DNA of 64,000 nucleotides from an uncultured Acidobacteriota bacterium (GTDB lineage Bacteria; Acidobacteriota; Thermoanaerobaculia; Multivoradales; DATKCC01): NCBI GenBank assembly GCA_963741925.1, contig CAVUJU010000005.1, positions 2,625,447 to 2,689,446 of the forward strand, read 5' to 3'. Shown piece by piece: positions 60,951 to 64,000 of this stretch (position 1 is its first letter; each line of letters starts with the position of its first letter). The notes under the pieces were generated by a model. It saw only the letters and a program-made list of their open reading frames with translations, ran no database searches and was not told where the DNA came from. The position numbers and the translations under genes were made by a program.

Positions 60951-62190
60951 GGCCGGCCCTCCCGCTGCCCGCCTTCGTCTCCCACCGCCAGGCGGTCCCC
61001 GGCCTCGAGGCCGGCCAGCACCTCGACGTCCTCCTCGCCGCGCCGGCCCAGCCGGGGGTGGACGGGCTCCACGCCCAGGAGGGTCTCGCGCCAGACCACC
61101 GGGCCCTCGGCCGTGGCCGTCACCGCCCGCGCGGGCACCAGCAGGGCGTTGCCGACCCGCGCCGTCTCCACCCGGCCGCGGAAGCGCATCCCCGGCCGCA
61201 TGTGCTCGGGATCGACGCGCTCCAGGGCCACGGCCACCTCGATCACCTTGACCGGATCGAACCGAGAGCGCGGCTGGACGGCGCGCCCGATGCGCTCTAC
61301 CCGCCCCGCGATCGCCTGGTCGGGGCGGGCGTCGAGGTGCAGGGTCACGCGCTGGCCGACGGCGATCGCGCCGCCGTCAGCCTCGTCGATCATGCCTTTG
61401 GCGCGCATGCGGGCGAGGTCGGGGATCTCCAGGATCGAGTTGCCGCGCCACACCTGGTCGCCCACCTTGTGCTTCTCGCCCGAGCGATCCCGCACGTAGA
61501 CCACCACGCCGTCGCGCGGGGCGGCGACCTTCATCCTCTCGAGGTAGCCGTCGATCTCCCGCACGCGCGCGGCGGCGGCCTGCCGCCGGTTCTCGAGGCT
61601 GCCCAGCTCGGCCCGGCTCTGGCGCCCCAGGAGCTCGAGCCGATCGCCGAGGTAGGCGATCTCCTTCGCGGCCAGATCCCGGTCGATCCGCTGCTGGGCG
61701 AGCTCGCTCGCCGCCGCCAGCTCCGCGGGGGTCTCGAGCTGGAGCTCCGCCTTCCTCTTCTTCGCCTCGGCCTGGGCGAGCTGGAGCTCGAGGTCCTGGC
61801 GCTCCTTGGCCAGCTCCAGCCGCTTCTTCTCGATCTCCTCGGCGGCCCGGTCCCGGGCCAGGGCGCGCTCCTGGCGGCGCTTCTCGAGCTCCGAGGTGTC
61901 GAAGGCGAGCACCGGCTGCCCCCGATGGACGTCGGCGCCCTCGGGCGCCATGAAGGAGATCTGGTAGTTCCAGAGGTCGGGGATCCCGGGCGGGCTCAGG
62001 CTCAGCGGGTCGATCGCCTCGAGCTCGCCGTCGATGGCGGGCCCCTGGACCAGGTCGCCACGCCGCACGGTCACCCAGGTGCGGTCGCGGCCTCCGGCGG
62101 AGCGGGCTGCGACCACCGCCGCGACCGTCGCCCCCAGGGCGACGACCCAGAGCGCCGCGCGGAGCGGCCGCCTCGGAGCTCCGGTCCTCA
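60947..62190 (-). CDS. HlyD/MFP-family periplasmic adaptor protein (2 of 3)
   Basis: Start at MRTGAPRRPLRAALWVVALGATVAA. Coiled-coil region (ELEKRRQERALARDRAAEEIEKKRLELAKERQDLELQLAQAEAKKRKAELQ) and a barrel region (AAPRDGVVVYV...VGDQVWRGNSILEIP). The ORF-track start at 63421 is an artefact extension. Confidence 0.75.
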
Positions 62191-63480
62191 TCCCGTTTCT
62201 CCGCCGGAAGCGGCCGGCTCGGCGGCCTCCCCTGGCTCCTCGGAAGACCCCCGCCGCGCCAGCCGGGCGCCCTCCACGAGGCCGTCCTCCACCACGCACT
62301 CGAGCTCGTTGCACGGGCCGAGGCGCACCGGTGCCCGGGCGCCGCCGGCGAGGACGGCGCTGCCGGCGCCGGGCGAGGACGGGGCCGACGACGCGAGGAG
62401 CGCGGCGCGCGGCGCCAGCAGGACGCCCGCGCGCCGCTCGGCGAGGACCTCGACCCGGGCCGACATCCCGGGGATCATGCGGTCGGGCTCGACCCGGCCG
62501 AGGCGGAGGCGGACGCGGAAGTCCCGGCGCAGCGACGAGGGGTCCTCCGCCTGGGCCACGGGGGCGATGTCGTCGACCGCGGCCGCGAAGGTCTCGTCCG
62601 GATAGGCGTCCAGGGTCACCCGGGCGGGCATCCCCGCGGCGATCTCGCCGTCGTCGACGTCCGGCAAGTGCGCCGTGACCACCAGGGACGAGAGGTCCGG
62701 GATCGTTCCCACCACCAGGCCGGTCCACACCGAGTCGCCGACCTGGATGGGGCGCCGCTGCCAGGGCTGGTCGGCCACCAGGAAGATGCCATCGCGCGGG
62801 GCGTAGAGCGTCAGCCGGTCGATCGCCTCGCGGGCCGCCCCGATCTCCCGGCGGGCCTTGCGCACGTCGATGCGCAGGACCTCGAGGTCGGCCCGGGCGG
62901 AGGCGCGCTGGGAGGCGAGCTCGGCTTCGGCCTTGTCGAGGCCGGCCCGCGCCTTGTCCAGGGCCAGCCTGCGGTCCTCGAGCTCCTGGCGCGGCACGAT
63001 GCCTTCCGGGACCTTGGCCCGGATCCGCGCCTTCTCGAGCTCGGCCTTCGCCGTGTCGACCGCGAACTCCTTCTCCCGGGTCTGGCCGGCCAGCTCGGCC
63101 TCGCGGCTGACGAGCTCGGAGAGCTTCTCCCGGAGTGAGATCTCCTTGTCCTCGAGGTCGCTCGACACCGCCGAGTTGTCGAGGTCGACCACCTTCTCGC
63201 CGGCCCGGACCGGCGAGCCGTTCTCCGCGAGCCAGCGCACCTCGACCTGCCAGTGCGGGGTGCGCGGCACGATCAGCTCGGCGGCCTGGGCGGCCTCGAG
63301 CTCGCCGGTCAGGAGCACCCGGCGCTCGAAGTCCCCGCGGTGGACGACCAGGGCGCCGCCGGCGGAGTCGGAGGCGGCCGAAGCGGGGCTCGCGCCGGTC
63401 CCGCCGCCCGGGGCCCCACATCCGCCGGCCGCCAGGATCAACCCGGCGGAGGCGATCGCTCGACAGAGACGAAGGTACAT
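62188..63480 (-). CDS. HlyD/MFP-family periplasmic adaptor lipoprotein (3 of 3)
   Basis: Lipobox ILAAGGC. Coiled-coil and barrel regions (YAPRDGIFLVADQ...VGDSVWTGLVVGTIP). Confidence 0.7.
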   Translation of the reverse strand: MYLRLCRAIASAGLILAAGGCGAPGGGTGASPASAASDSAGGALVVHRGDFERRVLLTGELEAAQAAELIVPRTPHWQVEVRWLAENGSPVRAGEKVVDLDNSAVSSDLEDKEISLREKLSELVSREAELAGQTREKEFAVDTAKAELEKARIRAKVPEGIVPRQELEDRRLALDKARAGLDKAEAELASQRASARADLEVLRIDVRKARREIGAAREAIDRLTLYAPRDGIFLVADQPWQRRPIQVGDSVWTGLVVGTIPDLSSLVVTAHLPDVDDGEIAAGMPARVTLDAYPDETFAAAVDDIAPVAQAEDPSSLRRDFRVRLRLGRVEPDRMIPGMSARVEVLAERRAGVLLAPRAALLASSAPSSPGAGSAVLAGGARAPVRLGPCNELECVVEDGLVEGARLARRGSSEEPGEAAEPAASGGETG

Positions 63481-63595
63481 CTGAAACATCCTACGAAAAC
63501 GCGGCGCACGGCGTCACGACGCGGCGGCGGCCGACGCCGAGCATCCTTCACGATCTGTTCAATCTATCACCGCGCCCGGAGGCCCGCGAGCCCGG

Positions 63596-64000
63596 CTACC
63601 GGTTGCCGAAGTCGACCTGGGGGGCCGTCTCGGCGCCCGGCTGGGCCTTGAAGTAGGCCTTCTCCTGGAACGGCCACCCCAGGGCGGCGATGAACCAAGC
63701 CTCGGGGACGCTGCGGATCTTGGTGTTGTAGGTCTGGGCCACCTCGTTGAAGCGGCGGCGCTCGACCGCGATCCGGTTCTCGGTGCCCTCGAGCTGAACC
63801 ATCAGGTCCTGGAAGGCGGCGACAGAGCGCAGCTCGGGGTAGCGCTCGACGACCACCAGCAGGCGGGAGAGGGCCGAGGAGAGCTGGTTCTGGGCCTGCT
63901 CGAACTGAGCGAAGGCCTGGGGGTTGTCGAGGATCTGGGGGCTGACGGTCATCTGGCCGACCTTGCTGCGGGCCTCGATGACGTTCTGCAGGGTGGTCTG
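63596..64000 (-). CDS. LemA-family protein (C-terminal part; N-terminus beyond window end)
   Basis: ERYPELRSVAAFQDLMVQLEGTENRIAVERRRFNEVAQTYNTKIRSVPEAWFIAALGW matches the LemA family core. Confidence 0.6.
   Translation of the reverse strand, partial: QTTLQNVIEARSKVGQMTVSPQILDNPQAFAQFEQAQNQLSSALSRLLVVVERYPELRSVAAFQDLMVQLEGTENRIAVERRRFNEVAQTYNTKIRSVPEAWFIAALGWPFQEKAYFKAQPGAETAPQVDFGNR

Overview
The window is a high-GC (about 70%) bacterial chromosomal segment from a didermic organism (it carries LptB and LptC/A/F/G homologues), mixing a housekeeping core with several accessory insertions. No base-level tools were available; every call is from reading the sequence and the ORF track.

Core genes, + strand: accA, recJ, a fused LptC/LptA-like protein, lptB, rpoN, hpf, ptsN, hprK and rapZ, in the conserved sigma-54/PTS-Ntr order. 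Further on come a mannose-type EIIA, ptsH and ptsI, then a lipoprotein ORF running in-frame into miaB, a DUF151 nuclease, parA-parB, queD (minus strand), a fused LptF/LptG permease and hemE. A minus-strand cluster holds an FHA-type sigma-54-like activator with a degenerate ATPase, hutU, a 1400-aa NtrY-like histidine kinase and a lipoprotein. Another minus-strand operon holds a beta-barrel protein, a secreted cupredoxin and a sensor protein with HAMP, a degenerate adenylyl-cyclase-like domain and a Ser/Thr kinase.

Accessory content:
- A class-C-like group II intron (En-minus reverse transcriptase, clear domains V and VI) sits after parB, next to three near-identical hairpins.
- Three families of dispersed intergenic repeats, including a roughly 385-bp composite element carrying tandem 64-bp hairpin units, and a 20-bp-arm inverted repeat found upstream of both parA and an ECF sigma gene.
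- Three tandem paralogous ECF-like sigma factor genes.
- An Rhs/YD-repeat toxin locus: a Sec-signal Rhs protein with a novel cysteine-rich C-terminal domain and a small membrane (immunity-like) gene.
- Immediately after it, a mobile island with an XRE repressor, two tandem SymE-like AbrB-fold genes, a P4-alpha-like primase-helicase and iteron-like repeats, ending in a diverged orphan Rhs fragment truncated by an IS66 relic.
- An efflux module of one FtsX/MacB-like permease with three tandem HlyD-family adaptors.

At least six genes (rpoN, ptsI, the OMP, a lipoprotein, the NtrY-like kinase and rhs) show single-base frameshifts, two of them clearly at homopolymer runs. That looks like assembly indel error rather than widespread pseudogenisation. 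No rRNA, tRNA or CRISPR array was recognised.
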